Assembly: GCA_964605645.1 (NCBI GenBank)
Contig: CAZSDJ010000007.1
Span: forward strand, 1 to 24,000
Direction: 5' to 3'
From: an uncultured Planctomycetia bacterium
GTDB taxonomy: Bacteria; Omnitrophota; Gorgyraeia; Duberdicusellales; 4484-171
Length of the DNA stretch: 24,000 bases
The number at the start of each line of letters is the position of its first letter. Positions within the stretch are counted from its first letter, which is position 1. The notes under the pieces were generated by a model that was not told the origin of the DNA, searched no databases, and saw only the letters and a list, made by a program, of their open reading frames with translations. Shown piece after piece: positions 1-8,289 of the stretch. The position numbers were made by a program, and so were the translations under genes.

Positions 1-60
1 ACAAGGATCTCTCTTAAATATAAAGAACGAATATTAACTTATTATACGAGGAGGTTATAG

Positions 61-972
61 ATGAAAAGAGTTGTTAGTTTTGTTGGTTTATTTTTTCTTG
101 TTATAGCGATATCAACGAGCGGGGTTTATTCGCAAGATTTGAGCGGGCCGAAGAAAACAGTTGCGGTTGTCAAGTTTGAAAATGCATCCGGTTTTCGTAG
201 TTATGTTAATCTAGGTAACGATTTTACCACTCAACTTACTGACGCTTTGGTTCAATCGGGCCAATTTACCGTTTTATCGAGGACAGAATTGGCTGAAGTC
301 TTCGGTGAGCAAGATTTAGCTGCCTCCGGCAGAATGGCAAAGTCGTTAACTGCTCAAAAAGGGAAAGCAATTCCTGCTCAAATTTTAGTTACCGGAAAAA
401 TTACAGAATTCCAAAAAGGTACAGAAGGCGGTTCGCAAGGGATCAGCATTAGCGGGATAAGTATCGGCGGCTCTAAGTCAACTGCTCATATTGCCGTGAT
501 TGTGCAAATTATTGACTCAACAACAGGCCAGGTCTTAGACTCAAAGCGAGTGGAGGGGAAAGCCGAAGCCGGTGGCTTTAGCATCGGCTATAGCGGTTCT
601 TTTAATATTGGAACTTCCAGCTTTAAAAAGACCCCTCTAGGAAAGGCAACTCAAATTGCAATTGATCGGGCGGTAGATTATATAGCGAGCGAACTTTCCG
701 GGGTACCTTGGAAAGGGAGAGTGGTTACGGTAAAAGACGGTGTAGTCTATGTTAATTCCGGTTCAAATGCCGGGATAGATTCGGGGACGACTTTTGCAGT
801 TTGGCGCAAAGGAGAAAGTTTAACTGATCCTGAAACTGGTATTGAGTTAGGTTCGGAGAAGGAAAAGATAGCCGATATTCAAATTACAGAAGTGTATCCT
901 AAATATTCAAAAGCGAAAATAGTGATGGGGGATGCATCTGCAATTCAGCGGTCTGATTTGGTACTTAAATAA
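61..972 (+). CDS. CsgG-family-like (COG1462-type) secreted, outer-membrane-associated protein
   Basis: 303-aa ORF with GAGGAGG (48-54) 6 nt upstream of the ATG. N-terminal signal peptide (…AISTSGVYS/QD). The block KKTVAVVKFENASG…LGNDFTTQLTDALVQSGQFTVLSRTELAEVFGEQDLAASG matches the hallmark N-terminal region of CsgG/LpoB-like proteins. Family call is from motif memory only. Confidence 0.55.
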   Translation: MKRVVSFVGLFFLVIAISTSGVYSQDLSGPKKTVAVVKFENASGFRSYVNLGNDFTTQLTDALVQSGQFTVLSRTELAEVFGEQDLAASGRMAKSLTAQKGKAIPAQILVTGKITEFQKGTEGGSQGISISGISIGGSKSTAHIAVIVQIIDSTTGQVLDSKRVEGKAEAGGFSIGYSGSFNIGTSSFKKTPLGKATQIAIDRAVDYIASELSGVPWKGRVVTVKDGVVYVNSGSNAGIDSGTTFAVWRKGESLTDPETGIELGSEKEKIADIQITEVYPKYSKAKIVMGDASAIQRSDLVLK

Positions 973-987
973 GAAGAGGAGGTTTAA

Positions 988-1176
988 ATGCGATTATTGA
1001 TTATTTTACTGGTAAGTTTTCTTGCTTTGGCAGGTTGTGCAAAGGTAAAAGAAGGGGCAAAAGAAGTAGGCAAGCCCGTAGGAAAAACTATGGATACGAT
1101 GGGTGGTTTGTCTGAAGGAGCTGTTGAAGGCTATTCAGATACAGGCAAAGAACAGCCTAATCCTTACGATAGATAA
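988..1176 (+). CDS. small lipoprotein, function unknown
   Basis: 62-aa ORF with AGAGGAGG upstream. Signal peptide ends in the lipobox LALAG|C. The mature part is short and hydrophilic. It starts 15 nt after the CsgG-like gene. Confidence 0.55.
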   Translation: MRLLIILLVSFLALAGCAKVKEGAKEVGKPVGKTMDTMGGLSEGAVEGYSDTGKEQPNPYDR

Positions 1177-1184
1177 TAATATTT

Positions 1185-1655
1185 ATGAAAGAAATTCCTG
1201 ATAATGTAATTCAATTATTAAAAGAAAGAGGTTATGTTATTGTTTCTACTTTAGATAATAACGGGGGTATTCATTGCTCTGCCAAAGGGGTGGTTGAAGT
1301 AAAAAAGAAAGGGGAAGTCTATTTGATAGATCTTTATAAACAAATTACCTATAACAATTTAAAACGAAATCCTACAATCAGTATTACTGCAATCGATGAG
1401 CATCAGTTTATTGGATTTACTTTAAAGGGAAAAGCAAATATTGTAAAAAGAGATAAAATAGAAAATGAATCAATTAAGCAGTGGGAGCAAAAGATAGTGG
1501 AAAGAATATCAAAACGGGTTATTAAAAATGTGAAAAGAGATAGAGGATCCATTAAACACCCTGAATCCAGATTTCCTCAGCCTGAATATTTAATCGAAAT
1601 GACTGTAGCCCAAATTATAGACTTAACTCCTTCCCACCTAAAAGGGCCAGTTTAA
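1185..1655 (+). CDS. pyridoxamine 5'-phosphate oxidase-like FMN-binding split-barrel family protein
   Basis: 156 aa. The N-terminal pattern (…GYVIVSTLDNNGGIHCSAKG…VYLIDLYKQITYNNLKRNPTISITAID…FTLKGKANIV) is typical of the PNPOx-like/general stress protein 26 fold. Confidence 0.5.
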   Translation: MKEIPDNVIQLLKERGYVIVSTLDNNGGIHCSAKGVVEVKKKGEVYLIDLYKQITYNNLKRNPTISITAIDEHQFIGFTLKGKANIVKRDKIENESIKQWEQKIVERISKRVIKNVKRDRGSIKHPESRFPQPEYLIEMTVAQIIDLTPSHLKGPV

Positions 1656-1660
1656 AATTA

Positions 1661-2902
1661 ATGATTTATAATATTTTTATTTTTATAGTGCTGCTTGGTC
1701 TTTCCGCTTTTTTTTCGGCCTCAGAAACTGCTATTTTTTCTTTAAGTAAATTAAATTTACGCAATTTAAAACAAGAGCATAAAGGGGCTAAAACAATAAA
1801 GAGGTTGCTTGAAAAACCTACCCGCTTGCTTTCTGTGATTGTGTTTGGCAATCTTTTATTTAATATCGGCATATCTTCGTTGTCAACTGCTATTTTTGTA
1901 AAATTCTTCGGGCCGAAAGGTTTAATTTTTGCAATTATTTTCAGCGGCCTGGCGATACTTTTTCTTGGTGAAATATTTCCGAAAATATTTGCAATTTATG
2001 CTGCCAAAGAATTTTCTTTGCTTGCTTCATCGGTGTTAAATATTTTTTCGAAAATATTTTTTCCTTTGATAATTGGTACGGAAAAAATTGTAGATTATTT
2101 TTCTAATCTTTTCATAAAAATTCCAAAAAGAAAAAACAAGGCAGACCAAGAATTTAAAACCGCTCTTTTATTAAGTAAAAAAGGCGGCCACATATCAGAA
2201 GCAGAAGAAGAAATGATTTCATATGTGCTAGAGTTTAAAGAAACTAGTGCCGGAGAAATTTTAACCGCGCGAGTTGACACAAAAGGGATAGAAATAAATT
2301 CTTCCCAAGAAGAGGTTTTGTCATTATTGCGAAAATTTAAACACTCTAAATTACCGGTTTATGAAGAATCTTTAGATAACGTCAAAGGAATAATTTATGC
2401 CAAAGATGTGTTTCTTGACCCAAATAAAGATTGGCATACTTTTATAAAAAAACCTATTTTTATCCCGGAAAGTAAAAAAATTGATGATATTTTAGATTTA
2501 TTTTTAGCGAAAAAAACAAATATTGCAATTGTGCTCGATGAATATGGCGGCAGCGAAGGGATGCTTACCTTAGAAGATATTACAGAAGAGATATTTGGCG
2601 AAATTTATGATGAATTTGAAAGCGTGCAAGAACCAGTCGCAGAAATTGGAAAAAATAGTTGGCGGGTTTACGGAAAAACACCGATAAAAACAGTAAATAT
2701 TGAACTAGATTTAGAAATTCCCGAAGAGGAAGATACTCTGGCGGGATTTTTATTAGAAAAAGCGGAAAAAATACCGAAATCAGGAGAGATTTTTCAGTTT
2801 AATATCCCGAAAAGTTCTACCGGCCGGCCGGAAAAAGTAGAATTTAAAATTGAACGGGCAACAGTAAGGCGGATTGTAACTGTAATTATCTCTATAAAAT
2901 GA
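1661..2902 (+). CDS. CNNM/TlyC-family membrane protein (DUF21 TM domain + CBS pair + CorC_HlyC C-terminal domain), so-called hemolysin family
   Basis: 413 aa. N-terminus has the SASETAIFSLS motif and four hydrophobic helices. The central region reads like a CBS pair (…TARVDTKGIE…LPVYEESLDNVKGIIYAKDV…IAIVLDEYGGSEGMLTLEDITEEIFGEI). A C-terminal CorC_HlyC-like block follows. Confidence 0.85.
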   Translation: MIYNIFIFIVLLGLSAFFSASETAIFSLSKLNLRNLKQEHKGAKTIKRLLEKPTRLLSVIVFGNLLFNIGISSLSTAIFVKFFGPKGLIFAIIFSGLAILFLGEIFPKIFAIYAAKEFSLLASSVLNIFSKIFFPLIIGTEKIVDYFSNLFIKIPKRKNKADQEFKTALLLSKKGGHISEAEEEMISYVLEFKETSAGEILTARVDTKGIEINSSQEEVLSLLRKFKHSKLPVYEESLDNVKGIIYAKDVFLDPNKDWHTFIKKPIFIPESKKIDDILDLFLAKKTNIAIVLDEYGGSEGMLTLEDITEEIFGEIYDEFESVQEPVAEIGKNSWRVYGKTPIKTVNIELDLEIPEEEDTLAGFLLEKAEKIPKSGEIFQFNIPKSSTGRPEKVEFKIERATVRRIVTVIISIK

Positions 2903-2903
2903 C

Positions 2904-3863
2904 ATGATTTACCTATATATATTAACTTCTATTTTATTTTTTCTGTTATCAGGCTTTTTTTCCGCCTCAGAAATTGCTTTTATTTCTTCCAGTAAAATTA
3001 GTTTACGCCACAAAAAAGAAAGAAAGCAAAAAGGGGCTGCTCAAGCATACAGCTATCTTTTAAACCCGGACCGGCTGCTGACAACTATTTTAATTGGGGT
3101 TAACCTTTCCAATGTTTTAAGCGCCAGCATTCTCACTTTTTTATTAATTAATTTTGGCGTTGGAAAAAGTAATTTATGGATAACTTTTCTGTTTACTCCG
3201 CTTGTAGTTGTGTTTGCGGATTTGGTACCAAAAAATGTGGGGAGATTTTACCGGGAAGATTTTAGTTGTAAGACTGTTGGATTAATAAAATTATTTGAAA
3301 TTTTATTTTTCCCTTTAATTAAGCTTACTGTTTTTATAAATTTTTTATTTAAAAAGATTTTTTTAAAAAAGAAAAATAAAATTTCCTTTTTTGTGACTAA
3401 AGAAGAGATAAGGTTTTTAGCCCAACAAATTCAACAAGAAGGAGAAATTGATTTTGGCGAAAGAAGAGCTATTGAGGAAGTATTTGAATTTAAAGAAAAT
3501 AAGGTAAAAGATTTTTGTGTGAAAAGAAGAAAAATAGTAGGGTTTGACTATACAGATTCAGAACAAGTGTTACTGGCAACAGTTAAGAAATATAATTTTG
3601 ACCGTTATCCGGTTTATAAGAATAAAGAAATTATAGGTTACATCACTATTTATGATTTATTTTATAATCCGGATAAAAATTGGCGAAAACTAATCCGGCC
3701 GATTACAAAAATCGGGATTAGCCAAAAACTTTATCAAACCTTTTCAATTTTGCAGAAGAAAAAAGAAAATATTGCTTTAGTTTTAAAAGGAAATAAAGTT
3801 TACGGGATGATTACCCTCGAAGATCTAACCCGCGAAATACTCACCTCAATCATTGAAATCTAA
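2904..3863 (+). CDS. DUF21 + CBS-pair membrane protein, a shorter paralogue of the preceding gene without the CorC_HlyC domain
   Basis: 319 aa. The ATG lies 1 nt after the upstream stop. Carries the SASEIAFISSS motif, TM helices, then CBS-like sequence (…DRYPVYKNKEIIGYITIYDL…IALVLKGNKVYGMITLEDLTREIL). Confidence 0.8.
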   Translation: MIYLYILTSILFFLLSGFFSASEIAFISSSKISLRHKKERKQKGAAQAYSYLLNPDRLLTTILIGVNLSNVLSASILTFLLINFGVGKSNLWITFLFTPLVVVFADLVPKNVGRFYREDFSCKTVGLIKLFEILFFPLIKLTVFINFLFKKIFLKKKNKISFFVTKEEIRFLAQQIQQEGEIDFGERRAIEEVFEFKENKVKDFCVKRRKIVGFDYTDSEQVLLATVKKYNFDRYPVYKNKEIIGYITIYDLFYNPDKNWRKLIRPITKIGISQKLYQTFSILQKKKENIALVLKGNKVYGMITLEDLTREILTSIIEI

Positions 3864-3902
3864 ATAGTGAAAAGCTTGTTAGTTTGTGCAGGGTGTACCC
3901 TT

Positions 3903-3938
3903 ATAGACGTCCTACTTTCGTTAAATATAGGACGTCTA
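3903..3938. repeat. perfect 12-bp-stem hairpin (ATAGACGTCCTA / TAGGACGTCTAT, 12-nt loop) 40 nt downstream of the CBS gene stop
   Basis: Read directly: 3903-3914 is the exact reverse complement of 3927-3938. No T-tract follows, so it may be a REP-like element or a factor-dependent terminator rather than an intrinsic terminator. Confidence 0.5.
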
Positions 3939-4033
3939 TCTATTAGTATGGGCAGTTTAAGACAATATTTATAAGTCGTTGGGGTCTAAATAGATGCAAG
4001 GGTAAGGACCGTCCCCTTATGTGCCCTTAAATC

Positions 4034-4096
4034 TATGGGATTGTGACCTTAGAAGACCTTACCCGGGAAATTCTTACCTCGATTGTCAAAATTTAA
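4034..4096 (+). pseudogene. orphan, diverged duplicate of the 3' end of the DUF21-CBS gene (encodes YGIVTLEDLTREILTSIVKI*)
   Basis: 63 nt align codon-for-codon with 3801-3863 (YGMITLEDLTREILTSIIEI*). Most differences are synonymous third-position changes. An in-frame stop lies immediately upstream (4028-4030), so it is not part of a live ORF. Confidence 0.6.
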
Positions 4097-4115
4097 GGTT
4101 AGTTATAAACAGATT

Positions 4116-4943
4116 TTATTTATCTTGATAGGCCTTTTTAAAGGATTCATCTAAAGGTTGAGTTTTTCTAATTTTGTAATTTTCTTTTTCTATCTCTTTT
4201 TTCATCTTTTTTATTCTATTTTCCGGATGGGGGTGGGTAGAGAAAAAATAAGCGAATTTAGGTAGCTTCTTTTTCTTTTGCAACTTTTTTAAAAAAGGGA
4301 TTGAGCCGGCTACATTTCCGTATTTTTTATCTAACAGCCTTAGTGCAAAAAGATCGGCTTGTACTTCTTGTTTTTGAGAAAATTTCATGTCAGTGTTTTG
4401 AATTATTCTGGATAAAAAATTTGTTACTGAACTATCTTGACCGAAAAAAGCTACTGAAAGCGTAAAAAACACCAGGCTTCTCCCGAGCTTTTTTAAATGG
4501 TCTTTGTGGGCAAAATGGCCCAGTTCATGGGCTAAGATAAAAGAGAGCTCGTTTTTCGAATCTATCTCTTTTAATAACTCCGAAAAAATTACAATGTTAT
4601 TTCCGGGATAAGCCATGGTATTGGCTTGTTTACTTTCTGTGACATATACTTTATATTTATCTTTATTACTGCCGGTTGCGGCAATCAATTCATTAAGCAT
4701 TTTTTGAATTTTTTTATTATGTTTTTTCTCCAAGCCTTGCAACGGTGTTTTATAAATTTTAGCTATTTTTTTTTCTACTTCTTTAGGAATATGCATGGCG
4801 ACGATATCTACAGCAAAACCCAGGCCGATATAAATTATTAGAATAATAATCAGAAGAGAAAGAAGAAGCGAGATTATGCTTTTAAGGGGAGATTTTTCAG
4901 TTATATTTACGTTGCCTTTTAATTCTTTTGGCTTGTATTTCAT
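4116..4943 (-). CDS. membrane-anchored M48-family zinc metallopeptidase
   Basis: 275 aa with an N-terminal TM helix. HEXXH motif in LAHELGHFAHKDH and the downstream …FFSTHPHPENRI block typical of M48 (HtpX/Ste24-like) peptidases. Confidence 0.8.
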   Translation of the reverse strand: MKYKPKELKGNVNITEKSPLKSIISLLLSLLIIILIIYIGLGFAVDIVAMHIPKEVEKKIAKIYKTPLQGLEKKHNKKIQKMLNELIAATGSNKDKYKVYVTESKQANTMAYPGNNIVIFSELLKEIDSKNELSFILAHELGHFAHKDHLKKLGRSLVFFTLSVAFFGQDSSVTNFLSRIIQNTDMKFSQKQEVQADLFALRLLDKKYGNVAGSIPFLKKLQKKKKLPKFAYFFSTHPHPENRIKKMKKEIEKENYKIRKTQPLDESFKKAYQDK

Positions 4944-4955
4944 AGAATACGGATT

Positions 4956-5564
4956 TTAGAGCATAAGGAGAATGACAAGAATCAAGACGATGGCAGCAAT
5001 TGCTAAAACAATATAAGTAAAAATACCTACCTTTTCTTTTTTTATCTTTTTTTCTTTAGAAGAGGCTATTTTTTGTTCTACTTCAGGCGGTTTTTCAACT
5101 TCTCTTAAGGAGGCCGGCCCCTCTAGATGGACGGCAGTACCATAGGCTAAAACTTCACTGCAGCCAACACCGCTTCCTTTTTTAGATTTTCCTAAGGTGG
5201 AGGTCTCAATCCTGGTGTTTAAAATTATATTTGCTTCTCTGGCTGATTCTTTCATTCTAAGGATAGCTTCCCTTCTGCCTCTATCCAATACAGATTCGAA
5301 AGCATAAACTTCGCCTCCAAATACTTTCTTTAGCCCTCCCCAAAATAACTTAAAATAATCTATTGAAACCACAATACTGCCGTAAACCATTTGAGAAGAT
5401 TTTATTTTTTGACCTTCTTCAAGGAAATTTTTCGCTGAAATGGCTGGTAGATGGAGGAACTCCTTTTCCCGTTTTTTTATTTCAAGATAATGTTTTTTCT
5501 CAATTAATTTTGTTCCAATAAGGTAGGCTCCGGCAAGCAAAATAGCAAAGATTAGTAGGTCCAT
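4956..5564 (-). CDS. membrane-anchored YbjQ-like (UPF0145) domain protein with TM helices at both termini
   Basis: 202 aa. An N-terminal TM helix is followed by a YbjQ-like core (…GGLKKVFGGEVYAFESVLDRGRREAILRMKESAREANIILNTRIETS…VLAYGTAV), a K/E-rich segment and a C-terminal TM helix (IFTYIVLAIAAIVLILVILLML). Confidence 0.55.
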   Translation of the reverse strand: MDLLIFAILLAGAYLIGTKLIEKKHYLEIKKREKEFLHLPAISAKNFLEEGQKIKSSQMVYGSIVVSIDYFKLFWGGLKKVFGGEVYAFESVLDRGRREAILRMKESAREANIILNTRIETSTLGKSKKGSGVGCSEVLAYGTAVHLEGPASLREVEKPPEVEQKIASSKEKKIKKEKVGIFTYIVLAIAAIVLILVILLML

Positions 5565-5582
5565 TTATCTCCCCCTCCTAAT

Positions 5583-5897
5583 TTACTCAGCCTTTACGGC
5601 TGTTCCATAAACATATAGTTCTGAAGCCCCTTGGGTTATAGACGAAGTTGAGAAACGAACGTTGATTATGGCGTTTGCGCCTAACTGTTTTGCTTGTTGG
5701 CTCATTCTTTCTAAGGCTTGGTTTCTTGCGCCTTCAAGAAGTTTAGTATAGCCTTTTAGTTCTCCGCCGACCATATTTTTAAGCCCAGCTGCCATATCAG
5801 CTCCAATATGGCGTGCTTTTACAGTTGAGCCCGAAACAAGACCGTAGTGTTCAACAATTTTTTTGCCGGGAATCGATTCTACATTAGTTAGAATCAT
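5583..5897 (-). CDS. ybjQ: YbjQ family protein (UPF0145, annotated elsewhere as putative heavy-metal-binding)
   Basis: 104 aa with full-length resemblance to the UPF0145 pattern (…IPGKKIVEHYGLVSG…GGELKGYTKLLEGARNQALERMSQQAKQLGANAIINVRF…YVYGTAVK). Confidence 0.8.
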   Translation of the reverse strand: MILTNVESIPGKKIVEHYGLVSGSTVKARHIGADMAAGLKNMVGGELKGYTKLLEGARNQALERMSQQAKQLGANAIINVRFSTSSITQGASELYVYGTAVKAE

Positions 5898-6480
5898 TGA
5901 CCACCTCCTTTAATTCTTTTGCATCTAAACAGGTAATACCTAATTTTTGAGCCCATTTTACCAATCCTTTATCTGAGGTAGCAAGGGAAGCTTCCAGTTC
6001 CTTGGCGACTAGGATCAAATCGAAATCTTCTTTACTGTCCAGGATGCCTTCACGAAGAGCAATTCTATATTCTTGGCGGGCGGATTGGATAAGCTCTTGG
6101 GTTTTTTGGCGGCTATCTTCTTCTCTTAAGGCGCGGCGGGTATATTTTTCAGTAATTCTTAAACCTTTATTTACCCGCAGGCGGGTTTCTTCGATGAATT
6201 CATAAAGCAAAAGGGCCGGAATCGAATCTTGGTAAGAAGCAGGAGATTTTTTTGTGATTAAAATATGTTTATCAGCCGGCAGTTCTTTAGTAAATTTGAT
6301 TAATTCTTCATAGACGGTAGGGGGGATATAACAATTAATGTTTTTTTTATCTGTTATGATTTTTATGAAGTTTTCCAGGGCTTGACGGGGACTTTTGCCA
6401 AAAAACTTACGGGAGTCAGGATTAACAAAAATACTGGTGTCTAACACAATTTTTTTAATTTGTTGAGCCATGTTAATCAT
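5884..6480 (-). CDS. PIN-like domain protein, resembling the archaeal 'RNA ligase partner' (MJ_0950) family
   Basis: 198 aa. The N-terminus KKIVLDTSIFVNPDSRKFFG…CYIPPTVYEELIKF is PIN/RNA-ligase-partner-like. The gene overlaps ybjQ by 14 nt. The functional call is tentative. Confidence 0.4.
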   Translation of the reverse strand: MINMAQQIKKIVLDTSIFVNPDSRKFFGKSPRQALENFIKIITDKKNINCYIPPTVYEELIKFTKELPADKHILITKKSPASYQDSIPALLLYEFIEETRLRVNKGLRITEKYTRRALREEDSRQKTQELIQSARQEYRIALREGILDSKEDFDLILVAKELEASLATSDKGLVKWAQKLGITCLDAKELKEVVNDSN

Positions 6481-6544
6481 TGTAAAAGATAGAGATAAAA
6501 ATACAACTTATTTTTTTAAGCCTAATTTTAAAACACTTTTTTTG

Positions 6545-6573
6545 TTGACTTTTTAACTGGAGCAGGTTAAACT
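6545..6573 (+). promoter_or_regulatory. sigma70-like promoter candidate for the PPIase-cpaB-secretin-ATPase operon
   Basis: TTGACT (6545-6550), a 17-nt spacer, then TAAACT (6568-6573). AGGGAGG (6596-6602) sits 5 nt before the ATG at 6608. Located in a 127-bp divergent intergenic region. Confidence 0.4.
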
Positions 6574-6607
6574 ATAAGAAAGTTTTAAATATAAAAGGGA
6601 GGCAAAG

Positions 6608-7504
6608 ATGCGCAAGTATCAAACTTTGGTTTTAATTTTAGCTTTATTTTTAGTTGCCGGTTGTGATAAGATCATGCCGGTAACTTCCGCCCCGGAAAAA
6701 GACCAAGAACAAAAAGTGAGTACTACAATCAGAGGGCCATTGCTAGCTAAAGTTAACGGCTGGGCGATGGGGTTGGATGATTTTAGGCAACGTCTCGATG
6801 CTTTAAAAGCAATGATTCCGGAAGATCAACGCGGGCAAGAATTGGGCGTCGAAGATAAGAAAAATATTCTGCAAGAATTAGTGAATGTTCAAATTTTAGG
6901 AAAAGTTGCTAAAGAAAAAGGTTTAAATAAAGACAAAGATGTCCAAGAAGCTGTTGAAAATTTTAAAAATTCTTTGTTAGTGCAGAAATTAAGAGAAAAT
7001 ATTACAAAAGATGTAGTGGTGACTGATGCCGAAATAGAAAACTTTTATAATACCAACAAACTTGCTTTTCAAAAACCGGAAGAAAGAAGGGTCAGAGAAA
7101 TAGTAGCATCTTCTGAATCACAGGCAAAAAATATTTTAATCAGATTGTTACAGGGCGAAAATTTTTCTGTGTTAGCTAGAACTAATTCTATTTCCGAATC
7201 GGCATCACAAGGAGGGGATTTAGGTTATATCACTCCTCAGGCAGAGGAAAGATTTCAAAAATTTTGGGAAGCCGCTTTTACCACTGACAAAGGAGATACC
7301 TCCAATTATTTTAAAGGGCCGGAAGGTTATTATATAGTGAAAGTAGAGGATATCCGCGGCGGCGAAGCCCAGCCGTTAAGTGAAGTAAGAGATCAAATCA
7401 GCCAATACTTAAAGGCCCAGAAAGTGCAAACAAAAATTGAAGATTTAATTTACGAAGCAAAACAAAGGCTGAAAGTTACAATTAATGATTATTTGATAGA
7501 ATAA
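6608..7504 (+). CDS. SurA/PrsA-like parvulin-type peptidyl-prolyl isomerase lipoprotein
   Basis: 298 aa with lipobox LVAG|C. SurA-N-like helical region followed by a parvulin block (RVREIVASSESQAKNILIRLLQGENFSVLARTNSISESASQGGDLGYITP…GYYIVKVEDIR). Confidence 0.8.
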   Translation: MRKYQTLVLILALFLVAGCDKIMPVTSAPEKDQEQKVSTTIRGPLLAKVNGWAMGLDDFRQRLDALKAMIPEDQRGQELGVEDKKNILQELVNVQILGKVAKEKGLNKDKDVQEAVENFKNSLLVQKLRENITKDVVVTDAEIENFYNTNKLAFQKPEERRVREIVASSESQAKNILIRLLQGENFSVLARTNSISESASQGGDLGYITPQAEERFQKFWEAAFTTDKGDTSNYFKGPEGYYIVKVEDIRGGEAQPLSEVRDQISQYLKAQKVQTKIEDLIYEAKQRLKVTINDYLIE

Positions 7505-8289
7505 TGGATAAAAAAAAGTTAATAAATTTAGGGATTGGAGTAGTGCTGGCAATAATTGCGATTGTGATTATTAACGCCCGCCTTCAAGAAAGAGAAAATA
7601 TAATTCAGCGCCTTATTCAAGAAGGCAATGTGGCTCAAGTATTGGTGGCATCGCGTGATATCGAAAAAGGTGAAATGATCAGAGAGAATGTGTTGGGTTT
7701 TGTAAAAATTCGTTCAGAAAACCTTAAAAACAATGCCTTGCAATCGCCGGAGTCAGCAGTGGGGAAAATTGCCAGAGTCGATATTTTACGGAAGCAGGAA
7801 ATTTTATCAACTATGTTAGAACTTCCGGAAGGATCGCAAACACTTTCTCAAAAAACGCCTTCCGGGAAAAAAGCCTATACTATCTCTATTGATCAAATTT
7901 CAGCCGTGGGGGGGAATATCCGGCCGGGGAACAAAGTTGATGTGGTAAGCATAATGCAGCTTCCCCAAAATCAGGGCCAAACAGTTATGACTCTGTTTGA
8001 GGCGGCAAGAGTGCTTCAAATGGGCCAAGGCGGCAAGAACTTAGACAGTATTACTTTAGCCTTGACCAGCGAAGAAATAAAAGTTCTTACCTTTGCGCTG
8101 CAAAATGGACAAATCAAACTTGTACTTAGATCGCCTTTGGATGAACCGGAAGGAACAGCTTTTCAACCTTTTACCTATCAAACATTTATGCAAAAGATTT
8201 ATAATGCTATGGGAGTTAGCCCTCAAAGAGGGCCTGTTGAGCAAAAACCGGATGTTGAAATTTATCGCGGCGGGAGTTCAGGAGAGTAA
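7504..8289 (+). CDS. cpaB: Flp/Tad pilus assembly protein CpaB/RcpC (SAF domain + RcpC domain)
   Basis: 261 aa. N-terminal TM anchor, then a SAF-like segment (VLVASRDIEKGEMIRENVL…VGKIARVDILRKQEI) and a C-terminal CpaB-like region. The start overlaps the upstream stop by 1 nt (TAATG). Confidence 0.8.
   Translation: MDKKKLINLGIGVVLAIIAIVIINARLQERENIIQRLIQEGNVAQVLVASRDIEKGEMIRENVLGFVKIRSENLKNNALQSPESAVGKIARVDILRKQEILSTMLELPEGSQTLSQKTPSGKKAYTISIDQISAVGGNIRPGNKVDVVSIMQLPQNQGQTVMTLFEAARVLQMGQGGKNLDSITLALTSEEIKVLTFALQNGQIKLVLRSPLDEPEGTAFQPFTYQTFMQKIYNAMGVSPQRGPVEQKPDVEIYRGGSSGE

Noticed and set aside
1666-2280. Antisense ORFs 1666-1872 and 2095-2280 inside the TlyC-family gene
   Set aside because: They are fully nested opposite a well-supported CDS. 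They have low-complexity translations and no RBS, as expected by chance in AT-rich DNA.
4626-4841. 71-aa ORF on + strand inside the M48 peptidase gene
   Set aside because: It is antisense to a CDS with clear HEXXH/M48 motifs. The translation is an F/I/Y-rich artefact of AT-rich sequence.
6002-6205. 67-aa + strand ORF inside the PIN-like gene
   Set aside because: It is antisense and nested. The R/S-rich translation is typical of the reverse frame of a K/E-rich gene.
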